Positions 37,958 to 47,018 of a stretch of DNA of 47,581 nucleotides are shown in pieces. Location: positions 1 to 47,581 of the IMG/VR virus record IMGVR_UViG_3300025392_000496. One strand, given 5' to 3'. Under the pieces are notes generated by a model that made no database searches, had not been told where the DNA came from, and saw nothing but the letters and a program-made list of their open reading frames with translations. The DNA comes from a virus. Taxonomy: Duplodnaviria; Caudoviricetes. Made by a program: the position numbers and the translations under genes. The stretch's first letter is position 1. Every line of letters starts with the position of its first letter.

Positions 37958-38536
37958 ATGAAACAATTTCAGTCATACATTTTTGAAATTAACAAGCCAT
38001 ACGAATTTCGTATTAAAATGGCCACTGTAAATCCAAGCAAAGTAATGGAGCAAATTAAAAATGCTCTAGATGCTTACCAATTAGAAAGCGTAAGCGCAGT
38101 TAAGAGCTTACCAATTCAAGAGCACCGTGAATTCCCACAATGGGGTCCTTGCGAGTGCTGGCAGTTTGACGTAAAAGTTGCATATCCTGTAACAGTTCCT
38201 GGTATCCGCCAAACACTTAAAGAACGTGCTGGATTAAATCCAGATTGGATCTCTGTACGTACTTTAAATGAAGCAGAAGATACCGAAGAACAAGAAGCCC
38301 ATGGTAAAGACCACGAAGGTGCATTGTTAGACAAAACAGAATTAAAAGATGAGCCGGGAGCTCAAGAACTAGCAGGCCAGAGTCGCATTGGCAGTTTATT
38401 AAAAGAATTAGAATCACGTAAGTTTGAATTTGCTCAAGACAGTAACGAAGCAGGTAAAACAACAAATGATGCTCCAATTGGCGATACTAGCCCTGTTGGA
38501 ACAACACAAAATAAAGTATACAAGGCAAAAGGTTAA
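37958..38536 (+). CDS. Putative internal head protein with capsid-targeting-like N-terminus
   Basis: MKQFQSYIFE resembles the T4 internal-protein leader MKTYQEFIAE. Confidence 0.5.
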   Translation: MKQFQSYIFEINKPYEFRIKMATVNPSKVMEQIKNALDAYQLESVSAVKSLPIQEHREFPQWGPCECWQFDVKVAYPVTVPGIRQTLKERAGLNPDWISVRTLNEAEDTEEQEAHGKDHEGALLDKTELKDEPGAQELAGQSRIGSLLKELESRKFEFAQDSNEAGKTTNDAPIGDTSPVGTTQNKVYKAKG

Positions 38537-38538
38537 TT

Positions 38539-40272
38539 ATGAGCAAGAATCACCCACACGATAATATCTATAGTATCTTAGGAAAGTTGGAAGCATTAAA
38601 ACCAACTCCCGAAGAAAAGCGTTTTGCTCTTGTTAAAGAAATTCAAGAAAGTGTAGAAGCACAAGGTTCTATACTTACAGGCGTTGACGCTGTTCAAGCT
38701 AAATTAGCCGAAGCATTTGCTGAAAGTAAAATTGAAGAGAAGGCAGTTAGCCAAGCTCAACAAAAATTTATGGGTATGGTTCATGCCGCACAAAAAGGTG
38801 CTAAGCCTGCTAGTCCAGAAGTTGCTAAAGTAGCTAAAGACATGAAGAAAAAAGATGCTAAAGACTTTGCTAGTACTAAGCATAAAGGTTTACCACAGCA
38901 CGTTGCAGAAGAAACTTGCAATGAGTGTGGCTTAACTTTTGAAGGTTGCGAATGTGACCACGACATGAACGAAGGTATTGTAGATAGTATTAAACTTGCG
39001 TTTGGTAAAACAATGGCGTGGGTAGTTGATACAGCTGCAAAATTTGTTAACAATCCAGAACTTAACGATAAAATGGCTCAAGCCAAAGTGGACTTAGCTA
39101 ATAAAGCAGAACAACAAATGCTAGGGCTGATTGCCGGCCATCCTCGTGAAGAACAACTTAAACAACAAGTAAATTATATTGTTACACAACTTAAACAACA
39201 ACAAACCATGCAAGATTTAATAACAGTTGCTCAAAAGTTGGGCGCAGAATTTAAAGCTGAACGCTCAAAATTTAGCGAAGGTGAAATTACTCGCAAGCCA
39301 GGCGTAACAACACATCGTAAAACAGATTTCCCTGGTTACCCAGTTGATGAACCAGAAGATATTGATGATGAGAATAAAGGCAAACGTGGTCGTCCACGTA
39401 AGCATGCTAAGAAAGAACCTAGTGGCTTAGGTCGTGGTCGTCCTAAGAAAGATAAACCATTAGGACATAATGCTCCTAAGATGCATGACGTATTTGGTCG
39501 TGTTAAGCCAGGTGCAGAAAAGAAATCTTCAGTTAAAGGTCGTGTACACTCAATGATGGAAAGTGTAAACTTTAAGCGCATGATGGAAGAAACACATATG
39601 ACTCTTGAAGAGATGGTTTCTGCAATGCAAGAAGATATGCTAAAGTTTAAAGAGACTGGTGTATGTTCAGACCGTCTACGTGACATGATGGAAGTATATA
39701 GTCACGCTAAACGTCAAATGGAAGAAACACAAGGCGGCATTGGTCAAGATTTAGTTACACCACAACAACGTGTTGCTCAAGCAACTCCACCTAAGCCTGG
39801 TGTAATGGGTGCCGTTAAAGACGTAGTACAAGGAGCCAAAAACTGGATTCAAGGAAAACCAGAACAAGGTCCTACATACGAAGAAGTAGATCCGTTGGAA
39901 GAAGAATTAAATGAATTAGCTAAATTAGCTGGTTTAAAGATGGCCGATGAAGGTGCTGGCGTTATGCACTTTAAAAAGCAACAAGCAGAAAAGGCCGGCA
40001 AAGACAGTTTCAAATTAGGCGACAAAGAGTATCAAGTTAAAGAAGCCGATGCCCCTGTCGATGAACCAATGGAAGACGAATTAGAAAATGCACCAAAACC
40101 AAAATATGGTACAATCAAAAACATCACATCACAAGGTGATGACCTAAATCGTCAAAAGCGTCAAGATCCACACACAGCTAATCGTGCTGCAAATCCACTA
40201 ACTAATAGTCCTATTAAATTAGAAGCTAAGTTAGCTGCTGAATACGAAAGCATTAAAAAGTCTAGTAACTAA
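38539..40272 (+). CDS. Putative internal head polyprotein with DUF3008-like module, AT-hooks and LAGL helix
   Basis: AVSQAQQKFMG...DFASTKHKGLP, KRGRPRK, GRGRPKK, ELAKLAGL and many hydrophobic-X-E sites. Confidence 0.55.
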   Translation: MSKNHPHDNIYSILGKLEALKPTPEEKRFALVKEIQESVEAQGSILTGVDAVQAKLAEAFAESKIEEKAVSQAQQKFMGMVHAAQKGAKPASPEVAKVAKDMKKKDAKDFASTKHKGLPQHVAEETCNECGLTFEGCECDHDMNEGIVDSIKLAFGKTMAWVVDTAAKFVNNPELNDKMAQAKVDLANKAEQQMLGLIAGHPREEQLKQQVNYIVTQLKQQQTMQDLITVAQKLGAEFKAERSKFSEGEITRKPGVTTHRKTDFPGYPVDEPEDIDDENKGKRGRPRKHAKKEPSGLGRGRPKKDKPLGHNAPKMHDVFGRVKPGAEKKSSVKGRVHSMMESVNFKRMMEETHMTLEEMVSAMQEDMLKFKETGVCSDRLRDMMEVYSHAKRQMEETQGGIGQDLVTPQQRVAQATPPKPGVMGAVKDVVQGAKNWIQGKPEQGPTYEEVDPLEEELNELAKLAGLKMADEGAGVMHFKKQQAEKAGKDSFKLGDKEYQVKEADAPVDEPMEDELENAPKPKYGTIKNITSQGDDLNRQKRQDPHTANRAANPLTNSPIKLEAKLAAEYESIKKSSN

Positions 40273-40274
40273 AC

Positions 40275-40299
40275 AAAAAGGCACTTAGGTGCCTTTTTT
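40275..40299 (+). terminator. Intrinsic terminator
   Basis: aaaaaGGCAC-ttag-GTGCCtttttt. Confidence 0.9.
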
Positions 40300-40320
40300 A
40301 ATATCCATAGTATTTTACTC

Positions 40321-40328
40321 TATAAATA
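40321..40328 (+). promoter_or_regulatory. Late promoter TATAAATA, 6 nt before ATG
   Basis: tataaata-ttccac-ATG. Confidence 0.75.
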
Positions 40329-40334
40329 TTCCAC

Positions 40335-41552
40335 ATGAGTGTTATATTCTCTTTTCCCTTTTGCGGAATTTCTAATTTTGGTACTAATAAAATAATTACA
40401 GGAACGGTTACTGTAACAAGTATAACCTATGGTATTTCAGTTAGCCAAAAAGTTAAATTGAATTCAATGACATGGGATAACAATCATCCAGTGGCACAAA
40501 TTAAATTAGCATCAGATACAGATGTTTATACTGATGTCCCATTAGATTTTGAAATCTCAGTCAGTGCCGATGATCCTGAGTGCTTGTTTTTGTTTTATCA
40601 CCCAGAATTTGTCAGTCTCAAAAATGTATACTATGAAATGTTTCCAGAAAATCGCCATTGGGAAAATGTGCCATTAGCTGACTCAGAAACACATAAATGT
40701 CGAGTTAATTTTAGAGCGCACGAGACTAACAAGTCAGTAATACCAGAGTTAGCTAATAAAATAGAATATAGAGATGAGTTAACTTACATTGAAAGACCGG
40801 CAGGCGAATTTGACATTGATCATTACTTAGGTAAAGATACTTTTAAAAATTTATTTTTTGCTAGTAAACTACCAACAGCGTGGGATATACCTTCAAGGAC
40901 TACAAGTTTTATTAATAAACATCCAACAAACGAAACAGTTGTCTACTACGACGGTGTTGAATATCGATATAATAATCTTGGCTATCGTAGTACATTTGAC
41001 TATTCCGTCGACGACCTGGCAAATAAAAAAGTTATACTGTGTTTAGGTGATAGTGATTTGTTTGGATCGGGGCTTGATTATAAAGATACATGGTCCTATC
41101 AATTACAAGAATTAGTTGGCAATGAATATACTGTAGTGAATATGGGAATACGTGGCGCCAGTGCAGATGCTATAGCACGTATTGGTGTTAGTACTATGAC
41201 CGCACTACCAAATATTACAGCAACCCTGGTACAATGGCCACATACCAGTTTAAGAGAGTTTGTAAGCAAGTCATACAAAGGCGGAGTACATACACACCGT
41301 AATTATGATTTGCCCTATGAAGATTGGTGGAAGCACATTGATTGGCAAAGTAACAATTATAACTATAATAAAAATAAGATATTGTTAGAAAATACAGCCG
41401 CTAGATACGGAATTAAATACTGCGATTTATACATCAATAGAGATGATCCTAAAGTTCCCTACGATTTTGTAGAGTTTGGAATGTATAGTTGCGTTGGCCC
41501 AAAAACTTCACAGGCAATTGCAAGATATTTTAACAAAAAACTTGATAAATAA
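40335..41552 (+). CDS. Two-domain protein with C-terminal SGNH-like domain
   Basis: YRYNNLGYR, LCLGDSDLFG and VNMGIRGAS; the block V His is not evident. Confidence 0.6.
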   Translation: MSVIFSFPFCGISNFGTNKIITGTVTVTSITYGISVSQKVKLNSMTWDNNHPVAQIKLASDTDVYTDVPLDFEISVSADDPECLFLFYHPEFVSLKNVYYEMFPENRHWENVPLADSETHKCRVNFRAHETNKSVIPELANKIEYRDELTYIERPAGEFDIDHYLGKDTFKNLFFASKLPTAWDIPSRTTSFINKHPTNETVVYYDGVEYRYNNLGYRSTFDYSVDDLANKKVILCLGDSDLFGSGLDYKDTWSYQLQELVGNEYTVVNMGIRGASADAIARIGVSTMTALPNITATLVQWPHTSLREFVSKSYKGGVHTHRNYDLPYEDWWKHIDWQSNNYNYNKNKILLENTAARYGIKYCDLYINRDDPKVPYDFVEFGMYSCVGPKTSQAIARYFNKKLDK

Positions 41553-41559
41553 TATTACT

Positions 41560-41961
41560 ATGAAAATTACAGAAATTATCGCCGAAAGTAAAAAAGATAA
41601 AGACAATGATGGTATTCCGGATAGCCACCAAACTGCTACTCCGGGCTTGCGTAGCCATCATAAACTAGATAACTCTAGTCCTTATCACCCTTGGCGCTTT
41701 GCTGCATATTTCTTAGGTGGTGCCGGAGCACCAGATGGCAAGTACGAACACGAGCCAGCTAAAGATGGCCCAAACGGTCAGTCACTAGTAGCCGCTGCAT
41801 ACTCCGAAGGCGAGCGTAAAATTCTAGACCAAGCTGCCAAAGCCTTTGGTTGGGAAGCTAATCATACACAACTTACACCCGATGGATCATCGGAAGTTGA
41901 ATCTGTACATAAAGTTAGTCCAACACGCAAAGTTGGCGCTATTCAACGCAAAACAAAATGA
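41560..41961 (+). CDS. Putative internal head protein (probable start 41560)
   Basis: GATAAATA at 41544-41551; N-terminus MKITEIIAE; DKDNDGIPD Ca-binding-like motif. Confidence 0.55.
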   Translation: MKITEIIAESKKDKDNDGIPDSHQTATPGLRSHHKLDNSSPYHPWRFAAYFLGGAGAPDGKYEHEPAKDGPNGQSLVAAAYSEGERKILDQAAKAFGWEANHTQLTPDGSSEVESVHKVSPTRKVGAIQRKTK

Positions 41962-42353
41962 AACAGTATCGCATAACGCAAGCCGACTTTGTACTACAAG
42001 GTGAAACCGGCGATGCAGATGCAGTCATGGATGCTCGAGACCTAAACGAGTTAAAACGTCTAGCTGGCATTACAGGATTACTCGAAGCCGAAGCAGGCAT
42101 GTACACTGGTCAAAACACAGTACCACAAGCAGGTGAAGAAGGTATCCAAAGCCCTGTTGGTAGTAATATAAGTATTACTGCAAACGATCGTCGCCAACTT
42201 GAAGCTGAGTATGGTGCAAAGCCTGGTACTGATTTATGGTTCATTATTAATTTTACCAAACCTTTCTTAAATGGTAGCTTACGTGATCACGTTGAACGCT
42301 ATCTTAAAGACCATCCAGAATACAGACAAAAGAATTTACCCGGTGCAGTCTAA
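41958..42353 (+). CDS. Hypothetical protein with LNELKRLAGI helix
   Basis: ATGA overlap with the upstream gene; the motif is nearly identical to the scaffold C-terminus. Confidence 0.6.
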   Translation: MKQYRITQADFVLQGETGDADAVMDARDLNELKRLAGITGLLEAEAGMYTGQNTVPQAGEEGIQSPVGSNISITANDRRQLEAEYGAKPGTDLWFIINFTKPFLNGSLRDHVERYLKDHPEYRQKNLPGAV

Positions 42354-42877
42354 GCTGCAATCTTTTCTCTGCCTAAATACTGATACCAAGATTCCTGTTT
42401 AACGCTAAAAGGCATTTGTTTCCATTTGCCTACTAGACTATAGTAGTCTGGCTTGTAAGGTTTCATCTTAGGTTTAATCAGTTTACTACCTTTAGCATGA
42501 TTACAGCTCTTACAGCTAGTAACACAATTTTCCCAATTGGTTTTACCGCCGGCAGAGCGTGGTAGTACGTGATCGATTGTTAATTCCTCGTAGTCAAAAA
42601 CATCTTCACAGTATTGACATTTAAATAGATCTCGCATGTACAAGTTATAACGACTAAACTTAACATTCTTTTTATAATGAAAGTAGTCTTTAGTCACACA
42701 GATACTAGGTACATTTATTGCTAAACGTTCGCTATGAATAATCCAGTCTGGGTATGTTTCAATGACATGCACTCGACCGAGATACATTAATTTAATGGCA
42801 TGTTGCCAATTGATAACACTTAGGGGTAAAACACTGATTGGTTCGTAATTAGAATTGAGTAATAATGTGTCGGACAT
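42350..42877 (-). CDS. HNH endonuclease (McrA/HNH_5-like)
   Basis: LLLNSNYEP, RD.FKCQYC and LTIDHVLPRS.GG..NWEN.V.SC..CN..KG motifs. Confidence 0.92.
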   Translation of the reverse strand: MSDTLLLNSNYEPISVLPLSVINWQHAIKLMYLGRVHVIETYPDWIIHSERLAINVPSICVTKDYFHYKKNVKFSRYNLYMRDLFKCQYCEDVFDYEELTIDHVLPRSAGGKTNWENCVTSCKSCNHAKGSKLIKPKMKPYKPDYYSLVGKWKQMPFSVKQESWYQYLGREKIAA

Positions 42878-42930
42878 TTATAAACCGTTTTGTTGTTGAT
42901 GTTAAATATACTTATATGTTATAATATTAC

Positions 42931-42959
42931 AGTATAGCATAAAAAACTATATGAGTAAA
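42931..42959 (-). promoter_or_regulatory. Sigma70-like extended -10 promoter for the HNH gene
   Basis: Minus strand reads TTTACT-N17-TATACT with TGn before the -10. Confidence 0.5.
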
Positions 42960-44513
42960 GACCTAGAAACAGCCATTATTAAAACTCCGTATAAGAAAAT
43001 GTCTTATACTGAGCACCAAATACAGGAGTTAGCCCGATGTGCTGATCCGATAACTGGCCCTCGTTACTTTATGAGTAACTATTTCTTTATTCAGCACCCA
43101 ACTAAGGGTAGTATTCAATATCATCCATTTGAGTATCAAGCACGATTAATTGATGCTTATCACCAGAATCGCTATTCCATATCTTTGATGCCACGTCAAA
43201 CTGGTAAGTCAACTAGTGCCGCGGGTTACTTGCTATGGTATGCGATGTTTGTTCCAGATTCAACTATTCTGGTTGCCGCACACAAATATATTGGTGCTCA
43301 AGAGATTATGCAACGTGTTCGTTATGCTTACGAAAACTGCCCAGACTTTATCCGTGCAGGCGTTACCAGTTACAACAAAGGTAGCTTAGACTTTGAAAAT
43401 GGTAGTCGCATAGTAAGTCAAACAACAACAGAAAACACAGGTCGTGGTATGTCTATATCACTACTATACTGTGACGAGTTTGCATTCGTAAGACCAACTA
43501 TTGCGAGTGAATTCTGGACATCGATTACTCCTACATTAGCAACTGGTGGTAAATGTATTATTACATCAACACCAAACTCAGACGAAGATCAGTTTGCACA
43601 AATTTGGCGCCAAGCTAATAACTGCTTTGATGAATTTGGCAACGAAACTCCGCTGGGCAAAAACGGCTTTAAAGCATTCCGCAGTAACTGGCGTGAACAC
43701 CCAGACCGCGATGAAAAGTGGGCTAGTGAAATGTTAGCACAGTTAGGCGAAGAACGTTTCCGTCGTGAGATGGAATGTGAATTTATTATCTTCGACGAAA
43801 CATTAATTAATCCTGTTCACTTAGCTGAAATGGCCGGGATCGACCCAATTGAAAAGCAAGGACAAATACGTTGGTATAAAAAACCTGAACGTGATAAGAC
43901 TTATGTAGTAGCACTAGATCCTAGCTTGGGTACAGGCTCGGACCCTGCGGCTATACAGGTATTTGAAATGCCTGGCCTTAAACAAGTAGCTGAGTGGAGC
44001 CATAATAAAACTATTGTACAACGTCAGGTTATTATTTTAAAAGAAATTTGTCAATATCTGTCAGATGTTGCTGGTAACACTAATGTCTACTACTCTGTGG
44101 AAAACAACACCCTGGGTGAGGCCGCATTAGTTGCTATTAATGAAATTGGCGAAGAAAATATACCAGGCACATTCCTTAGTGAGCCTAAAAAAGGCGCGGT
44201 TGGGCATCGCTATCGCAAAGGCTTTACAACAACAAACAAGAGTAAATTAAGTGCTTGTAGTAAATTTAAGAGTTTAGTAGAAACACGTCGCTTAGTAATA
44301 GCCAGTAAACCCCTTATTAGCGAATTAAAGACTTTTGTTGCTAGTGGCAATAGTTTTGCTGCAAAAATAGGCGAACACGACGACTTAGTAATGAGCGCAT
44401 TATTAGCTATACGTATGATTATGCTACTACAGCAATTTGACGCTAATTTAGATATGGAACTTAAAGACAGCATAGATAACTTTATTGAACCCATGCCTTT
44501 CATAATGATATAA
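42951..44513 (+). CDS. gp17: Terminase large subunit, T4 gp17-like
   Basis: PRQTGKS (Walker A), LLYCDEFAF (Walker B), ITSTPN, ALDPS and HDDLV; TAAATA at 42903-42908. Confidence 0.96.
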   Translation: MSKDLETAIIKTPYKKMSYTEHQIQELARCADPITGPRYFMSNYFFIQHPTKGSIQYHPFEYQARLIDAYHQNRYSISLMPRQTGKSTSAAGYLLWYAMFVPDSTILVAAHKYIGAQEIMQRVRYAYENCPDFIRAGVTSYNKGSLDFENGSRIVSQTTTENTGRGMSISLLYCDEFAFVRPTIASEFWTSITPTLATGGKCIITSTPNSDEDQFAQIWRQANNCFDEFGNETPLGKNGFKAFRSNWREHPDRDEKWASEMLAQLGEERFRREMECEFIIFDETLINPVHLAEMAGIDPIEKQGQIRWYKKPERDKTYVVALDPSLGTGSDPAAIQVFEMPGLKQVAEWSHNKTIVQRQVIILKEICQYLSDVAGNTNVYYSVENNTLGEAALVAINEIGEENIPGTFLSEPKKGAVGHRYRKGFTTTNKSKLSACSKFKSLVETRRLVIASKPLISELKTFVASGNSFAAKIGEHDDLVMSALLAIRMIMLLQQFDANLDMELKDSIDNFIEPMPFIMI

Positions 44514-44526
44514 GATAAATACTTAC

Positions 44527-45981
44527 ATGTCTAAAGAAATTGAATCCGTAGCTTCCGCATTATTTGATAAAATCCGCTCAAGATTTAGCAATCTAACCTT
44601 GGGCGACGAAAAAGCCAAGGCTTGTTCAGACCCTACTGTTGCTCGCTTTTTTAACTTTACTTACACAGGCGAAGATGGCGCAGAATTTGGTAATGTTACT
44701 ATAAGTTTAATTGACGAAACAAGTCTAAAAGTATATTATGGTCAAAACATCTCAGGAGAGATGGATCGCGAACAACGCAAAGAATGGTATGAATTTCTGC
44801 GCAATCTAAGACAATTTGCAAAACGCAATTTACTAACATTTGACACCCGCGATATTAATAAATCTAATTTGGATTTACAAGATATTAAACAACAATCAAA
44901 AGCCGACAGCGTTTATTCTACAGATGAAATTGCTGTTACAGAAAGTCGCTTGTATGGAACTAGTCGTAACAGTTATGCTGACCTTGGCGAATGTAAATTA
45001 ATTATCAAACACGATGGTTTAGTTGATGACGAAAAGCGCGGAGATCGTGCTCGTCGTATACGTGAAATTTTTATTGAAACTGCACGTGGCGAAAGATTTT
45101 TATTAGATCATACTAATCTCCACGGTGCCCGAGCAATGTGCCAGCATTTAAATCATGGTGGCGACATGCATGATGAACGTGCTCAACATATTAATAATAT
45201 GGTTAAAGAAATGGCTGCAATGAGTCATTTTGTTCGCAGTACTAAACGTCGTCAATTTGAAGATAGAGAAACAGAAGAAATGACACACGCAGCAGTTCAT
45301 CATTATGATCAACTAAAGCGTACACTACGCCAAATGCGTGGCGCCCGCGGATATCGCAGTTACTTTGAAACATTTAGTCCTGTAGAAAATCCGTTGGAAG
45401 ATATTGATGTTGATGCATTAAAAGAACGTTTTGTTAAAAAGATTTACGATGAACGTTTTAACGATGCACTACCATATGTATATAGTGCTTACAAAAAACA
45501 AAAGGCAACTCCTAAAGATTTAGACAAAGAATTAGAAGAATGGGCCGATGATGTAACAGAATCAACTTGGGCCAAACCAGATAATACAGATAAAGTCACA
45601 GCACTACGTGAACTATTAAAAACACCAGTGACAGTTGGTATAGACGGTATCGATGCACAAACTAAAATTGAACCTATTATTGGCGACGATGAGTTAAATG
45701 ATGAAATAACTCAATTATATAGAGATAGTGGCCCAGATGCTGATGCTACGCCATTAATCAAAAAATGGTTAGTACAATACATGCCCGGTTTACTAAATGA
45801 TCTAGAAATTGGTAAAAAGAATAGTCGTGATGCACAGACTAACTGGCAACAACCAACTAGCCCACAGTCCGCCTTAGGCGACGAATACGGTAGTACACCA
45901 AGTCATCCAAATGTATCAAACATGACCATGGAAGATGTGGATTTGGATTTTATTCGTAGTCTAGCAGGAATTCGTAAATAA
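44527..45981 (+). CDS. Hypothetical late protein ending in FIRSLAGIRK (putative head-associated)
   Basis: TAAATA at 44516-44521 lies 5 nt before the ATG; VTES sites; C-terminal LAGI helix. Confidence 0.55.
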   Translation: MSKEIESVASALFDKIRSRFSNLTLGDEKAKACSDPTVARFFNFTYTGEDGAEFGNVTISLIDETSLKVYYGQNISGEMDREQRKEWYEFLRNLRQFAKRNLLTFDTRDINKSNLDLQDIKQQSKADSVYSTDEIAVTESRLYGTSRNSYADLGECKLIIKHDGLVDDEKRGDRARRIREIFIETARGERFLLDHTNLHGARAMCQHLNHGGDMHDERAQHINNMVKEMAAMSHFVRSTKRRQFEDRETEEMTHAAVHHYDQLKRTLRQMRGARGYRSYFETFSPVENPLEDIDVDALKERFVKKIYDERFNDALPYVYSAYKKQKATPKDLDKELEEWADDVTESTWAKPDNTDKVTALRELLKTPVTVGIDGIDAQTKIEPIIGDDELNDEITQLYRDSGPDADATPLIKKWLVQYMPGLLNDLEIGKKNSRDAQTNWQQPTSPQSALGDEYGSTPSHPNVSNMTMEDVDLDFIRSLAGIRK

Positions 45982-46001
45982 CTTACTAACCGGTAAGTTT
46001 A

Positions 46002-47018
46002 ATGGAAATTTTAAAATCAACAAATGGCTTTCCTTATGCATGGAAAGCCGGTAGACTTGAACAACTAATTAGAAGTATATTAGAAAATAAAGCACGTCAA
46101 CAATTAAATGTTGACCGTGTTATGTTTATCAATCCAACTTGGCTACACGAAGATGATATTAGCCAGCGTATCAAAGAAGCCAACCCAGACTTTATTATTT
46201 GTCATAATTTTGCTGATCCAGCGGTACCTAAAATATTTGATGCTGTACAAAAATCTGGAATCCCACACGTAGTAATAGGATATTCGGCGCAATGCTTTTT
46301 AGATTTTTGGGCATTAATGTGTGATTTATATTTTCAAAATTACGAAGAACATGACGTGCAACTTGAATCAACTGCACGTAAATTTATCTGTTTAAATCGT
46401 AAACCCCACCCACATCGTGTTAGCTTAGTAAACAAACTTCTTCCTTTGCGTGACCATGGTTATATTAGTCTTGGCCTACCCGGCGAAGCTGCAATTACAG
46501 TTGATACGGAATTTTTTGATGAGCAAGGTATCAAAGACGAGTACGGTACATTAGGAGTTGATGGAAAGGTTACCCAACGCATACGCAATGATATCTTTAG
46601 TGTTGGCGATCCTAAAATTTGGAAAAATAGTTATCTTTGTCTAGTAACAGAAACAGAATTTACTAATGCTTATCCTGAAAACTTTTTTATTAGTGAAAAG
46701 ACTTGGAAGCCAATAATTGGTTTACGACCATTCTTTGTCTATGGACAAGCACCAATGAGAGAGCATTTAAAAGCCAGCGGGTTTGATATATTTGAAGATA
46801 TATTTGATTATAGCCTAGTAGATAATTCAGCTGGGGACTGGATGCGACAAGAGCAATACGCACAGGTAGCTGTAAATGCTATTAACCGTGTGGGTAATCC
46901 GTATCAAGACTATCAACGCTATTTTGGTCGCTGTCAAAATAACAAATTAAGATTCCGTACCTATGTATACGAGCAGTGGAATAATTTAAATAATTTGGAT
47001 TTAACTAATTATGTTTGA
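46002..47018 (+). CDS. Putative glycosyltransferase (GT-B, GT10-like motif)
   Basis: FICLNRKPHPHR, LVTET...FISEKTWKPI...PF and IFDYS motifs; TAAATA at 45975-45980. Confidence 0.5.
   Translation: MEILKSTNGFPYAWKAGRLEQLIRSILENKARQQLNVDRVMFINPTWLHEDDISQRIKEANPDFIICHNFADPAVPKIFDAVQKSGIPHVVIGYSAQCFLDFWALMCDLYFQNYEEHDVQLESTARKFICLNRKPHPHRVSLVNKLLPLRDHGYISLGLPGEAAITVDTEFFDEQGIKDEYGTLGVDGKVTQRIRNDIFSVGDPKIWKNSYLCLVTETEFTNAYPENFFISEKTWKPIIGLRPFFVYGQAPMREHLKASGFDIFEDIFDYSLVDNSAGDWMRQEQYAQVAVNAINRVGNPYQDYQRYFGRCQNNKLRFRTYVYEQWNNLNNLDLTNYV

Noticed and set aside
38381-38410. RIGSLLKE resembling encapsulin cargo peptides
   Set aside because: A single short internal match with no other support.
9342-41559. 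ORF-track starts at 9342, 24232, 30798, 36559 and 41476
   Set aside because: Downstream ATGs (9405, 24214, 30771, 36586, 41560) fit better with gene coupling or promoter position.
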